A DNA stretch of 35,236 nucleotides, from the IMG/VR virus record IMGVR_UViG_3300025128_004839, positions 1 through 35,236 of that record, one strand, 5' to 3'. The notes under the pieces are model-generated. The model saw only the letters and a program-made list of their open reading frames with translations, was not told the DNA's origin and did not search any database. Source of the DNA: a virus (lineage: Duplodnaviria > Caudoviricetes). The position numbers and the translations under genes are program-made. This document shows positions 1 to 10,308 of this stretch, one piece after another; the stretch's first letter is position 1, and every line of letters starts with the position of its first letter.

Positions 1-360
1 TTAAAGAAGCATCAAGAAGTTGACCTTTGGATTGGCGGCGTGAGGTTTAATAGTGAAATCGCTCTTAACGACAAGGAAGGAAAAGAGGTCTGGAGAGGGA
101 CCGACTTAGCTACCGACCCAGCGCGAGGACTCACCTTGGGGAATGTAGCAATGCCAACATATAGGACTTCTATTTTCGCCAGAGTCCCTTTCACAGATAC
201 TCTTCCCTCCGATTTAGCAGAGGCCACTGATTTGCATCATGTGAGAGCCTGTGATGCTAGAGGGTTTAAAGTTGGCTGGTTTGGGACTGCACTGTATAAG
301 GTGCGACCTGACATGAGTGATGCAGAGGGGTATGATAGAGTAAATGGAAGAGGGGCATAA
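1..360 (+). CDS. 3' part of a gene truncated by the window edge, hypothetical (possibly glycosyltransferase-related)
   Basis: Frame is open from base 1 to TAA at 358-360, which overlaps the next ATG. Function is inferred from context only. Confidence 0.55.
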   Translation, partial: LKKHQEVDLWIGGVRFNSEIALNDKEGKEVWRGTDLATDPARGLTLGNVAMPTYRTSIFARVPFTDTLPSDLAEATDLHHVRACDARGFKVGWFGTALYKVRPDMSDAEGYDRVNGRGA

Positions 361-1055
361 TGATCTCTATCCTTTGTTCTGTTTATAATGCTTCGGAGCA
401 TTTAGATAAATATTTAAAGTATGTCGATGATCAAACTTTGGAGTCTTTTGAAATACTTTTTGTAGACGCTAACTCCTCCGATGATTCTCTGAAAAAGATC
501 ATGGAGTATAAGTTTAGAGAAGGGATTACCAAAATTGTTTTTGGAGCGAAGGAAAGAGTAGGGATTTACGAGGCATGGAATCAAGCCATTGAACACAGTT
601 CACATGATTATGTGATGAACTATAATACCGATGATAAGCTCTTCAAGTCCTCTTTAGCTACTTTGGCAACCTATACCAAACTTCACCCAGAGGTAGATGT
701 GATTTACTCTGATTCTTTTATTAGCAGTGATACGGACCACACCCCCAGCAGTTGGTTTTCGTGGGCTGATGCTAATAAAAAAGAAAACTTACTTCAGGGA
801 TGTTGTGTAGGACCATACCCACTACTTAAGAAAAGCACAATAGTAGATGCTGGTATGTTTAACGATAAGTTTGTAATCTCAGGAGATTACGAAATGTGGT
901 GTAGGTTAAATTCTTTAGGTAAGAAGTTTCTTAAGATAGACGAACCCTTGGGCGTTTATTACCACAACCCACACGGGGTAAGCACAGCGTCTACAACGGA
1001 GAGACACAGTGCCCATATACGCGAGGACAATACTATTAGGATGATGTACGGATGA
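360..1055 (+). CDS. Glycosyltransferase family 2
   Basis: ISILCSVYN...EILFVDANSSDDS N-terminus, YNTDD DxD-like motif, SGDYEMW motif. Confidence 0.9.
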   Translation: MISILCSVYNASEHLDKYLKYVDDQTLESFEILFVDANSSDDSLKKIMEYKFREGITKIVFGAKERVGIYEAWNQAIEHSSHDYVMNYNTDDKLFKSSLATLATYTKLHPEVDVIYSDSFISSDTDHTPSSWFSWADANKKENLLQGCCVGPYPLLKKSTIVDAGMFNDKFVISGDYEMWCRLNSLGKKFLKIDEPLGVYYHNPHGVSTASTTERHSAHIREDNTIRMMYG

Positions 1056-1879
1056 TAAATTACTGCACTCTCTCTGACCGAAACTACCTCAAACAAGGGG
1101 TAGCTTTAATTAATTCATTACTTAGAGTTTCTTCTGAAAAGTTTACGCTCTATTACTTGTGTTTAGATGCAGAAACTTATTCTCATGTATCTCAGTATGA
1201 GTGCGTGGAGCCAATCCTTCTTCCTACAGTGGAAAGCTCTAGCCCAGAGATACTGGAGTATAAAAGTAGAAAACCTTACAACGAATACTGCTGGTCACTA
1301 GCCTCTACCTTTTCTAGGTACTTATTGGAGAAAAGAAATGTAGAGTCTGTGATGTATGTGGACGCAGACATTTACTTCTATCAAGATCCACTTATTATTT
1401 TTAAAGAGTTAGGAGATAGGAGCATCGGTATCATACGGCACCGACATAATACTAGCACTTCTCCTGATGGGGAATACAATGTTGGTATCATTTATTTTAA
1501 AAATGATAAACAGGGACTCAGTTGTTTGCAGTGGTGGAATGATTGCCTACTGAAAGACCTACGACCCGACTTGGCTACTTGTGGTGATCAAAAGTATTTG
1601 GAGGAGTTTCCTAAAATGTACGACACTGCTATCTTGGATGAAACTTTTGCTCATGGAGCCCCGTGGAATTATAGGCTTTATGTTTATGATAACTATCACA
1701 CAGACGGCACTGTAGTGTGGGGGGATAAGGTACAACCGCTGGTGTTTAATCACTTCTCTAGGTTTAGTTTAGATCATCCTACATCGGGCAACTACGCAGA
1801 CCATACTTTAAATTTCCAAGTGTTTGCTATTCCCGCTCTTAATCAAATGTATAGAGAGTATGCACAGGAAATAAGATGA
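1052..1879 (+). CDS. GT-A fold glycosyltransferase (GT8-like nucleotide-diphospho-sugar transferase)
   Basis: YVDADIYF DxD motif, YNVG, GDQKYL, HFS motifs, ATGA-coupled. Confidence 0.8.
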   Translation: MINYCTLSDRNYLKQGVALINSLLRVSSEKFTLYYLCLDAETYSHVSQYECVEPILLPTVESSSPEILEYKSRKPYNEYCWSLASTFSRYLLEKRNVESVMYVDADIYFYQDPLIIFKELGDRSIGIIRHRHNTSTSPDGEYNVGIIYFKNDKQGLSCLQWWNDCLLKDLRPDLATCGDQKYLEEFPKMYDTAILDETFAHGAPWNYRLYVYDNYHTDGTVVWGDKVQPLVFNHFSRFSLDHPTSGNYADHTLNFQVFAIPALNQMYREYAQEIR

Positions 1880-2742
1880 AGATAGCATTTGGTATGATTG
1901 TTTTTAACGGAGACTATGTTCTTCAAGAGTGTTTAGAGTCGGTATACCCTTATGCTACTCAAATTCTTATTGCCGAAGGCCCTGTAAGATACTGGCAGGA
2001 TCAAGGCTACACTACCTCTACAGATAAAACAAATGAGATCTTAGCCAACTTCCCAGACCCAGAGAACAAGATCACGATTGTCCACGGACAGTTTGAGGGG
2101 AAGGACGAGGAGTGCAGGGCGTACATGCCGCATATGAGAGATGATATAGATTACATTTGGAATCTAGACTCGGATGAAATTTACAAACCTGAGGATATTG
2201 AAAAGATTATACAGATCTTAAAGAAAGAGAATTACACTTCTGTGGGAGTTAGAAGCTGCTCTTTCTATGGAGGCTTTGATGATTTCATTGGAGGCTTTGA
2301 GCTTGCTAAGGATAACTTTCTTAGAATCTTTAAAGTATACCCTAACGCTACTTGGAAGACTCACCGACCTCCCACTATTATCGCACCCGCTGGAACCGCA
2401 ACACTCCCAGAGAAACACTTAGACAGTGATACGCTCTGGGAAGAGCATGGTGTGCAAATGTATCATTACTCGTATGTGTTTCCTAGACAAGTAAAAGAAA
2501 AGATCGCATACTACAGGGCGAAGGTGAGCAGGGAAAATTGTCACCCCAATTACTATGAGGATATTTATCTTCCATGGGTTAGGGGAGTTAAGAGTGTAGA
2601 ACGTAGTTGGAGAGGTGTACATGAGTTTAGACCAGAAAGCAGGGGAGAGGCGTACACCGAAAAATTTAAAGGAAAGCACCCAGTGTTGATTTCAAAGAAA
2701 ATAGAACAGTTTAAAAAAGAGATAGAAAATGGAACACGTTAA
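1876..2742 (+). CDS. GT2-like glycosyltransferase
   Basis: MIVFNG...STDKT and WNLDSDEIY motifs, HYSYV near the C-terminus. Confidence 0.75.
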   Translation: MKIAFGMIVFNGDYVLQECLESVYPYATQILIAEGPVRYWQDQGYTTSTDKTNEILANFPDPENKITIVHGQFEGKDEECRAYMPHMRDDIDYIWNLDSDEIYKPEDIEKIIQILKKENYTSVGVRSCSFYGGFDDFIGGFELAKDNFLRIFKVYPNATWKTHRPPTIIAPAGTATLPEKHLDSDTLWEEHGVQMYHYSYVFPRQVKEKIAYYRAKVSRENCHPNYYEDIYLPWVRGVKSVERSWRGVHEFRPESRGEAYTEKFKGKHPVLISKKIEQFKKEIENGTR

Positions 2743-3349
2743 TTCTTGGAAAAACAAAGAGGTATTTGTTGATCAGTTAGCTCTTAACGAAAGTGAGCTA
2801 AATAACTATCCTGATCATTGGAAGCATTTTCTAAACGCTACACTCAAATGTGTTAGTATTAGAAAGTCTACCCTTCTAGATATTGGGTGTGGAGCAGGAA
2901 CATACAAGACGATTTGCGAGTCCCATCTGCCCAACGTAACATACACTGGTATGGATTATTCACAGGAAGCGATTGAGATAGCTAAGACTCGCTGGGGAGG
3001 AGTAAACTGGAGAGTGGGGGACTACCAGAGTTTGACGGAACAAGATGGGGCACAGTATGACATTCTTCATGCAGGAGCGATGTTAGATGTTCTCCCTAAT
3101 GGGGATGAAGCTCTTTCTTTCTTATTAAGCTTGGGGTTTAAAAATATTATACTTGGTAGGGTTAAATTAACTGAGGATGATAGCAACTGGTCAGTGTATG
3201 AGGTCTATAATAAGATTCAGACCTACGCTTACTCTCACAACATTCCTAACCTTTTGAGAATGTTTAAAGAGGCGCAGTACGCTTGCACATTAATTCAAGG
3301 AGAACAAAACAGTTGCACCATTCTACTACAAAAGAACCAATCACTTTAG
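2729..3349 (+). CDS. Class I SAM-dependent methyltransferase
   Basis: LLDIGCGAG motif I, YTGMDYS motif II. Confidence 0.85.
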   Translation: MEHVNSWKNKEVFVDQLALNESELNNYPDHWKHFLNATLKCVSIRKSTLLDIGCGAGTYKTICESHLPNVTYTGMDYSQEAIEIAKTRWGGVNWRVGDYQSLTEQDGAQYDILHAGAMLDVLPNGDEALSFLLSLGFKNIILGRVKLTEDDSNWSVYEVYNKIQTYAYSHNIPNLLRMFKEAQYACTLIQGEQNSCTILLQKNQSL

Positions 3350-4053
3350 GCACTCCCCCCTGCACCCGTGAAGAGCTTTGTGATGCTCTTGAAGAGTTTG
3401 CAGAGCTTTATAAAAAACGACCTATCAGGGATAACGATGGCGGCATGAAGGCCCCACAGATGTTCGCCGCATGGTTTATGGCTAAGAAATTACAGCCTAC
3501 CGCCATCATTGAGAGTGGGGTTTGGTTAGGACAGGGAACATGGTTCTTTGAACAAGCTTGTCCTACTGCTAAACTTATTTGTATAGAACCTAATATTGAG
3601 AGGGTGCAGTACCGTAGTGATAAAGCTACTTATACTCAGTTGGATTTTTCTCAAATTTCATGGAAGCAAGCAGTAGATTGTGAAACTACTTTGTGCTTCT
3701 TTGATGATCATCAAAATGCTTTATCCCGTTTAGAGGTCGCTACTCCTCAAGGGTTTAAGCATTTAATGTTTGAAGACAATTACCCTGTCTCCCAAGGAGA
3801 TTGCGTAAGCTTAAAGACTATCTTAGAAGAGGACTCCGATGACAGGAGTATTGCTGATAATTATCTCCTTTCTTACTATGAGTTCCCACCCCCTGTAAAA
3901 GGTGAGAAGACTAGATGGGGCGATGACTGGACAGACGAGATGTACCCGACGCATGATCCCCTAATTACTGAGAGAACCGAGGCGTATGAAGATTACTTCG
4001 ACGGGTATGAGAATTACACTTGGATCTGTTACGCAGAGGTAGGAGAGAAATGA
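3283..4053 (+). CDS. Methyltransferase-like protein (true start probably nearer 3346)
   Basis: IIESGVWLGQGT and FFDDH motifs, position in the glycan cluster. Confidence 0.55.
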   Translation: MHINSRRTKQLHHSTTKEPITLGTPPCTREELCDALEEFAELYKKRPIRDNDGGMKAPQMFAAWFMAKKLQPTAIIESGVWLGQGTWFFEQACPTAKLICIEPNIERVQYRSDKATYTQLDFSQISWKQAVDCETTLCFFDDHQNALSRLEVATPQGFKHLMFEDNYPVSQGDCVSLKTILEEDSDDRSIADNYLLSYYEFPPPVKGEKTRWGDDWTDEMYPTHDPLITERTEAYEDYFDGYENYTWICYAEVGEK

Positions 4054-4880
4054 AAATCCCTGTTGTAGTTATTAGCAAGACTATAAACCCATGTCCTGAA
4101 TTGAAGCTGGTGGTAAACCAAGCTAAGGCATGGAACTCTGATGTATTCCTTCTTGGAGATGAAGGTAATCAAGATTACTGCCCAGACAATCATAAGTTTA
4201 TGTCTGAGTACTACGAAGGCGTAGAAGATTTTGAAAATCTCTATCAGCATCTTAGCACTAACCCCCAAGATATTGAAAAGTTTTGCTTTAGTAGGTGGTT
4301 CGTTCTCAGGAACTTCTTGCGTAAAGAAAATTATGAGGGAGCGTTGTACTTAGATAATGATATTCTATTATTTACGGATGCTTCCGTAGAGTACCAGAAA
4401 AGGAAACACCTTTACTGTATGCTTTCGGGAAGATCATCAGGCCATTCGTCTTATTGGTCCTTAGAAGGCATAGAGGCATTTTGTGATTATCTGATGGACG
4501 TTTATAGTAGTAAAGGTTCTTATGAGTTTGCTCTCCTTGCTTCCCACTTTCAGATTAGGCAGCATTTTAACCTTCCCGGAGGTTTATGCGATATGACGTT
4601 GCTAGAGTCGTTCGCCAGATATAAGTATCCTCACTTAGTGGGAGAAGGAAGCGTTGCAAATCCTTGGAGTTACGATCATTACTACGATCATGTCATTCAA
4701 CAGGCTGAGGGCTTTGAATGCGAAAACGGAGTAAAGAAGTTTATCTTAAAGAACGGCAAGCCCTATGCGAAATACCTCTCTACAGGAAATTACATTCCTT
4801 TTGCTACTATCCACTTTCAAGGAGCGCACAAACCTTTAATGGCTCCATTCATTAAGCAATGCCATGATTCCCTTATTTAA
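4050..4880 (+). CDS. Putative GT-A glycosyltransferase
   Basis: CFSRWF, YLDNDILL DxD motif, CDMT, HFQG. ATG at 4050 follows AGGAG and overlaps the upstream stop. Confidence 0.65.
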   Translation: MKIPVVVISKTINPCPELKLVVNQAKAWNSDVFLLGDEGNQDYCPDNHKFMSEYYEGVEDFENLYQHLSTNPQDIEKFCFSRWFVLRNFLRKENYEGALYLDNDILLFTDASVEYQKRKHLYCMLSGRSSGHSSYWSLEGIEAFCDYLMDVYSSKGSYEFALLASHFQIRQHFNLPGGLCDMTLLESFARYKYPHLVGEGSVANPWSYDHYYDHVIQQAEGFECENGVKKFILKNGKPYAKYLSTGNYIPFATIHFQGAHKPLMAPFIKQCHDSLI

Positions 4881-5778
4881 TATAAATAACCATACAATTT
4901 ATACGGGAAATTTAGGAAATCATTTACACGGTCCTGATGTAGATGAGTTCGTTACAAATTTTTGTAACCATGTGGGTGCAAAGTATGGCTGCGCTGTAAA
5001 TAGTGCAACCAATGCTATTTTTCTTACGTTTGAAGATAAAAAAGAGCTTGTCACCATACCTTCTGTATTGCCCCCTGTGGTCTTCAATGCTCTCCACCAT
5101 GCGGGACAGGAGATTCAGTATAAAGACGATGTGGAGTGGGTAGGGGGCTCCTACGAGCTTCATGATTTTGGTTCCTACAAAGTGATTGACTCAGCGCAGA
5201 GGGTAGACAGAAATCAGTTCAAAGAAGCAAATGATGAAGACCTTATGCTATTTAGTTTTTACCCCACTAAACCAGTTGGAGGAATTGACGGAGGCATTAT
5301 TGTTTCTAATGATGCCGATAAGATAGAATACTTTAAACAAAGATCTTTGAACGGTATGTCCTTTGCTGAAAATAATTGGGATAGGAAACAGCTTTCTATT
5401 GGTTGGAAGATGTACATGAATTCCGTGCAAGCGTTTATTGCTAATCAAAATTTAAGGTTACTCAAAGATAAACAGGTAGCATTAACGGCTATACGGAATT
5501 CCTACAATAAAGCATTTGGCTTAGACAACACCAGCAGTCATTTGTATAGAGTTAATGTAAACAATAGAGAGGAAGTAATTAAGAGGTTTAAGACACTGGG
5601 AATTGGGACAGGGATTCACTATACTCCTCTGCACAAGCAGGAGTTATATAAGCAAGATGTAGTCCTACCTCAATCAGAAGAAGACGCTAAAACAACTTTA
5701 AGTATCCCATTCAACGAAAAGCTAACAGTAAGTAATGTGGAACACATCATTAGTGAGGTAAGAAATGTTATCGTTTAA
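4864..5778 (+). CDS. DegT/DnrJ/EryC1/StrS PLP-dependent sugar aminotransferase
   Basis: NSATNA, IDSAQ, FSFYPTK (PLP lysine), GGIDGG, GIHY, LSIP. Confidence 0.9.
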   Translation: MIPLFNINNHTIYTGNLGNHLHGPDVDEFVTNFCNHVGAKYGCAVNSATNAIFLTFEDKKELVTIPSVLPPVVFNALHHAGQEIQYKDDVEWVGGSYELHDFGSYKVIDSAQRVDRNQFKEANDEDLMLFSFYPTKPVGGIDGGIIVSNDADKIEYFKQRSLNGMSFAENNWDRKQLSIGWKMYMNSVQAFIANQNLRLLKDKQVALTAIRNSYNKAFGLDNTSSHLYRVNVNNREEVIKRFKTLGIGTGIHYTPLHKQELYKQDVVLPQSEEDAKTTLSIPFNEKLTVSNVEHIISEVRNVIV

Positions 5779-6652
5779 GCTACTACCTCAAAGCTCTTTC
5801 CAAGTCTTCACCGAAGAAGAACTCCGTTCGTACACCGACCCTCGACCCGGAGTTTTAGAAGATATAGATATCTTTAAAGAAGGCAATCGGAGCGAAGGGC
5901 ATCCTTCTGATTTTTCTTTGTTCCAAGAATCAGATACAGCAGACGTTCTAGTGTTCCCTTATTATCTAGAACTGTTTGAGTTTTTTGGAAAGTCTCAAAT
6001 GATCCCTCCTTTATTGATTTCGCTTTGTGACGCATATTCTGATAAGCGCATTGTGGTTCAATGGAATCATGATTTAGATTTTGCTAAAAGGTTTCCTGAT
6101 TTAGGTGATATTAAAAATCTAACAGTATTAAACTTTAATACAAGTAAAAAGAATGACAACGATATCTTACTTCCGTTTTGGACGGTGAATACCAATCCTC
6201 TAGAGGAGGAAAAGAAACATACCTACGGGTTCATAGGAGAGATAAACCACCCAGTAAGAGCCGCACTGGTTTATACCTTCCGAGATGATAGCTCCTGTTA
6301 CATAGGATCTAATCTAGAGTATAACGAATTTAGAAGAACTGTAAGCTCTTGCAGGTTTTCTTTCTGTCCCCGAGGAGTAGGGCTTTCTAGTTGGAGATTT
6401 TACGAATGTATGCACCTAAACACTATCCCAGTATTATTTGCTGACGATAGTGAACTTCCTTATCCCGATTTAGATTATTCTAAGTTTTCTGTCCGTCTCC
6501 CAGAGAGTGCGGTTAACGATAAGCAGTTAATTAAAGAAGTACTAGCGGATGTAGATCAAGATCAAATGCTTTTAAATATTAAAAAAGTACGGCACAGGTT
6601 TACGTTAAAAGGTGTGCAGGAGGAGATTCATAAATGTTTGTCGAATCATTAA
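5765..6652 (+). CDS. Exostosin family (GT47) glycosyltransferase
   Basis: FSFCPRGVGLSSWRFYECMHLNTIPV followed by LPY...DYSKFSV, a GT47 signature. Confidence 0.8.
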   Translation: MLSFKLLPQSSFQVFTEEELRSYTDPRPGVLEDIDIFKEGNRSEGHPSDFSLFQESDTADVLVFPYYLELFEFFGKSQMIPPLLISLCDAYSDKRIVVQWNHDLDFAKRFPDLGDIKNLTVLNFNTSKKNDNDILLPFWTVNTNPLEEEKKHTYGFIGEINHPVRAALVYTFRDDSSCYIGSNLEYNEFRRTVSSCRFSFCPRGVGLSSWRFYECMHLNTIPVLFADDSELPYPDLDYSKFSVRLPESAVNDKQLIKEVLADVDQDQMLLNIKKVRHRFTLKGVQEEIHKCLSNH

Positions 6653-7035
6653 AGTCTTATACAGATGATAGGGGGGATCTATACCCTATTAACTTTAACG
6701 AGATACCCTTCCAGCCTAAGCGAATGTTTATAGTCTCTGAAGTACCCAAAGGGGTTAAGAGAGGAGACCACGCACACTTTGAGACAGAACAGTTTTTAAT
6801 TTGTTTAAAAGGGCAGGTTGAAGTTATATTGTACGATGGTTATGAGACTGTTAAAACTGTATTAAATCCAATGCAAGGAGTCTATGTACCTAACCTTGTT
6901 TGGGATTCACAAATCTTTAATACTGAGGACGATATACTTTTAGTATTAGCTTCTACGGACTATGATAGGGATGATTATATCGAAGATCCTGCTGTATTTA
7001 AAGCCCATGCGGTCTTCAAAGGTCTTAAAAAATGA
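6634..7035 (+). CDS. fdtA: FdtA/QdtA family cupin (sugar 3,4-ketoisomerase)
   Basis: DDRGDL, PFQPKRMF, RGDHAH, LLVLAS..YD.DDYI. Confidence 0.85.
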   Translation: MFVESLKSYTDDRGDLYPINFNEIPFQPKRMFIVSEVPKGVKRGDHAHFETEQFLICLKGQVEVILYDGYETVKTVLNPMQGVYVPNLVWDSQIFNTEDDILLVLASTDYDRDDYIEDPAVFKAHAVFKGLKK

Positions 7036-7979
7036 AAACATTATTAACAGGAGCAGGGGGCTTAGTAGGCTCTACCATTAACGCAGACGTAAAAGTTCTT
7101 GGGCGAAAGCCACCGTTTCCGGGATACAAAGAACAGAATAAACGATGGTGTGATCTTACTAGTTATAAAGACACTTACGAGCTTTTTAAACAACAGCAAC
7201 CCACACATGTAATTCATTGTGCTGGGCGAGTAGGAGGGCTTAAAGCAAACTCTGAGCATTTAGGGGAGTTCTTTTATGAGAACATGATGATCAACCTTAA
7301 TGTTCTTGAGGCTGCGCGTAAGTGTAATGTGCAGAAGGTTGTTTCGTTTCTCTCGACATGCATTTTTCCCGATAAGGTAAAGTACCCCCTGACAGAGGAC
7401 AAGATGCACAGTGGTGAACCACACCCCTCCAACTATGGCTACGCATATGCCAAACGAATGCTTGAGGTTCAAAGTAGAGCTTACGCAGATCAATACGGGA
7501 TGAAGTGTGTATGTGTAATTCCTACCAATATCTATGGCCAACATGATAACTTTAATTTGGAAAGCAGCCATGTAGTTCCTGCGCTCATCCATAAGTGTTA
7601 CTTGGCTAAGAAGTACAATACTGACCTCGTTATTTGGGGAAGTGGAAAGCCTCTCAGAGAGTTTATTTACTCAGAGGATGTAGGGGAGATTACCCAACTA
7701 ATTTGCGATTACTACGAAGGTTCAGAGCCTCTTATTATTTCCAATAGTATAGAAGTTAGCATTAAACAACTGGTAGAAACAATTGTAAAAGCGATGGACT
7801 TTAGGGGCAAAGTAATCTATGATAAGACGAAGCCCGATGGGCAGTACCGTAAGCCTACAACTAATCTTAGGCTTCAAGACTTCATTCCCGAGTGTGTAAA
7901 TAAGTTTACACCCCTTGAGGAGGGAATCCAAAAAACCGTAGATTGGTTTGTCGAAAATTACGAGACTTGTAGAAAATGA
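7032..7979 (+). CDS. fcl: GDP-L-fucose synthase
   Basis: TGAGGLVG, AGRVGG, STCIFP, YAYAKR (YxxxK), SHVVPALI, WGSGKPLREF, KPDG. Confidence 0.95.
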   Translation: MKTLLTGAGGLVGSTINADVKVLGRKPPFPGYKEQNKRWCDLTSYKDTYELFKQQQPTHVIHCAGRVGGLKANSEHLGEFFYENMMINLNVLEAARKCNVQKVVSFLSTCIFPDKVKYPLTEDKMHSGEPHPSNYGYAYAKRMLEVQSRAYADQYGMKCVCVIPTNIYGQHDNFNLESSHVVPALIHKCYLAKKYNTDLVIWGSGKPLREFIYSEDVGEITQLICDYYEGSEPLIISNSIEVSIKQLVETIVKAMDFRGKVIYDKTKPDGQYRKPTTNLRLQDFIPECVNKFTPLEEGIQKTVDWFVENYETCRK

Positions 7980-8944
7980 AAAGCGCAATTATTACTGGAA
8001 TCAGTGGACAGGATGGATCTTATCTTGCTGAACTTTTATTGGAAAAGGGATACGAGGTATGGGGAGTCCTACGGAGACACTCTCAACCTGAATACCAAAG
8101 CAACAGACTAGAGGAAGCAGGGATTTATCAGCACCCTCGTCTGCATTTAGAGTATGGGGATGTAACGGACTTTAGTTCGATGTGTCACCTTATTAAAGAT
8201 GTACAGCCTGATGAGGTTTATAACCTAGCCGCGCAGTCCCACGTTAAGATTAGTTTCGACCAACCGGGATTTACAACTAATGCTGATGCTATCGGTGTAT
8301 TAAATATTTTAGAGTCTGTCAGGTTAGGATGTCCTACTGCTAGAGTTTATCAAGCGGGGTCATCTGAAATGTTTGGAAATGAGGTAGATGAGGATGGATA
8401 CCGACGAGAAACTACGCCAATGGTCCCCGTTAGTCCGTATGGGTGCGCGAAGCTTTACGCTTATAATTTGTGTAGGGTATACCGCTCTTCTTACGGTCTG
8501 TTTGTTTCCAACGGTATTCTATTCAATCATGAATCTCCTCGGCGTGGACTCAACTTTGTAACTAATAAGATTGTGGTAGGTGCTGTAGACATCTTCAGGA
8601 ATAAGAAAGACAGACTCCCTCTAGGTAATCTTGATGCCTCTAGAGACTGGGGCCATGCAAAAGATTATGTAAGAGCGATGTGGATGATGCTACAGCATGA
8701 CGAGCCAGATGATTTCGTTTGTTCTATGGGAGAATCCCACACCGTGAGAGACTTATGCGAAAGAGTTTTTACTAAGCTACGCCTGTCCTACGAGGATTAT
8801 GTAGTAGTAGATTCTAAGTTCTTCCGCCCTACGGAACTCCATGACCTTAAGGGTGATTGCTCCAAACTAAAGGAAACCTTGGGATGGGAGCCTAATTACA
8901 CATTTAAGGATATGGTTGATGAAATGGTGGATGCGCGTCTATAA
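7976..8944 (+). CDS. gmd: GDP-mannose 4,6-dehydratase
   Basis: ITGISGQDGSYLAE, YNLAAQSHV, SPYGCAK, FNHESPRRG, RDWGHAKDY. Confidence 0.97.
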   Translation: MKSAIITGISGQDGSYLAELLLEKGYEVWGVLRRHSQPEYQSNRLEEAGIYQHPRLHLEYGDVTDFSSMCHLIKDVQPDEVYNLAAQSHVKISFDQPGFTTNADAIGVLNILESVRLGCPTARVYQAGSSEMFGNEVDEDGYRRETTPMVPVSPYGCAKLYAYNLCRVYRSSYGLFVSNGILFNHESPRRGLNFVTNKIVVGAVDIFRNKKDRLPLGNLDASRDWGHAKDYVRAMWMMLQHDEPDDFVCSMGESHTVRDLCERVFTKLRLSYEDYVVVDSKFFRPTELHDLKGDCSKLKETLGWEPNYTFKDMVDEMVDARL

Positions 8945-8950
8945 TATGCC

Positions 8951-9883
8951 ATGATTACTGTAAACCTAGAGTCTACCCCAGAGATATACGATGATTATAA
9001 GTTGGGCCTAAACCTACTTAAACAGGCAACAGAGGAACACTATGAATACCCTGAAGATGTCACACTCTTCCATGTGTATACAGAAGTTCGTACTCCTAAA
9101 GAGTTGCTTGCTATCAAGTCCTACTTGGCGACTCAAAATTTAAGTAAGACAAAGTTGATCGTCTGGTCTGATTATGATATTTCAGATCAAGAGAATATTC
9201 AACCCTACAAAGATTTTGTGGACTTCAGAGTGTACAACGCCAAAGAACTCGCTCAAGGAACCCCTTTGGAAGGTGTAGAAAGCCACCTAAACACTGGTGG
9301 GGATCGTAACCACTGGATGAGTAGTGGGGTTATGCGCTTTCTAGTGTTGTATAAGTTTGGAGGAATCTACTATGACATGGATATGGTTCTTCTAAGAGAC
9401 TTTAAGCCTATTCTGTCGCAAGATTTTGCTTATCAATGGGGAGGTTCTACCGACTTCGCTAAGGAGCGTAGGTGGGAAGATGATTGCTTCGGCCCCTGTG
9501 CAGCTTTGTTAGGTGCAGTTAAGGGTAGCCAATTTATTGAAGATTGTATGGAGAGGCTAGTCGCAACTCCTCCAACAGGTGGAACGTGTTACGATGAAGA
9601 TATGTTATCGTATGTTTATGCTAAGAGACCCTTTACTGTTTTTCCCTCATCCTTTTTTAATACAGAATGGTTAATTAGTAAAACTGACAAGCCCCTTTCT
9701 CAAGCACTTGATTCTCAATGGTTTGATTCTCCTCTGCAAGATTTTAATCACTTGTTTTTAGAGGCATTCTCTTGGCATTGGCACAACTCTAGCAATAGAA
9801 ATAAAACAGTGGTAAAGGGGTCTAAGTTTGATATGCTTGAAACACTTATGACAGCACGGCTGCGGGAGAGGAACATTATATGA
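8951..9883 (+). CDS. GT32-like DxD glycosyltransferase
   Basis: RFLVLYKFGGIYYDMD motif, WHWHN C-terminal motif. Confidence 0.8.
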   Translation: MITVNLESTPEIYDDYKLGLNLLKQATEEHYEYPEDVTLFHVYTEVRTPKELLAIKSYLATQNLSKTKLIVWSDYDISDQENIQPYKDFVDFRVYNAKELAQGTPLEGVESHLNTGGDRNHWMSSGVMRFLVLYKFGGIYYDMDMVLLRDFKPILSQDFAYQWGGSTDFAKERRWEDDCFGPCAALLGAVKGSQFIEDCMERLVATPPTGGTCYDEDMLSYVYAKRPFTVFPSSFFNTEWLISKTDKPLSQALDSQWFDSPLQDFNHLFLEAFSWHWHNSSNRNKTVVKGSKFDMLETLMTARLRERNII

Positions 9884-10308
9884 GAGTAAAATACATTAAA
9901 CTAAACCCTAATGCAGTGCTTCCCCGGAAAGGAACGGAGAGAGCGGCTGCGTATGATTTGATAGCTATTGAAGATGCGTATATTCCTGTAGGGGAAACCG
10001 TTCTAGTAGGGACTGGTCTGGCGATGGAAATTCCTGAAGGTTGGAAGGGAGAGGTATACTCAAGAAGTGGGTTGGCTTCTCAAGGAATTGTAGTTGCTAA
10101 CTCCCCCGGAAAAATTGATTCAGACTATCGGGGAGAGATTAAAGTCCTTCTTAGAAACAACCGTGTAACTGATCTGGTGGGGATTAAGAAAGGGGATCGC
10201 ATCGCCCAGTTTGAAATTAACCCTGTTCATGACATTGAGTTTGAAGAGTCTGACAATTTAGATTTTACTTCTAGAGGAGTTCAAGGGTTTGGCTCAACGG
10301 GTAAGTAA
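9880..10308 (+). CDS. dut: Trimeric dUTPase
   Basis: AAYDL, SRSGLA, GKIDSDYRGE, GDRIAQ, RGVQGFGSTG motifs. Confidence 0.97.
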   Translation: MRVKYIKLNPNAVLPRKGTERAAAYDLIAIEDAYIPVGETVLVGTGLAMEIPEGWKGEVYSRSGLASQGIVVANSPGKIDSDYRGEIKVLLRNNRVTDLVGIKKGDRIAQFEINPVHDIEFEESDNLDFTSRGVQGFGSTGK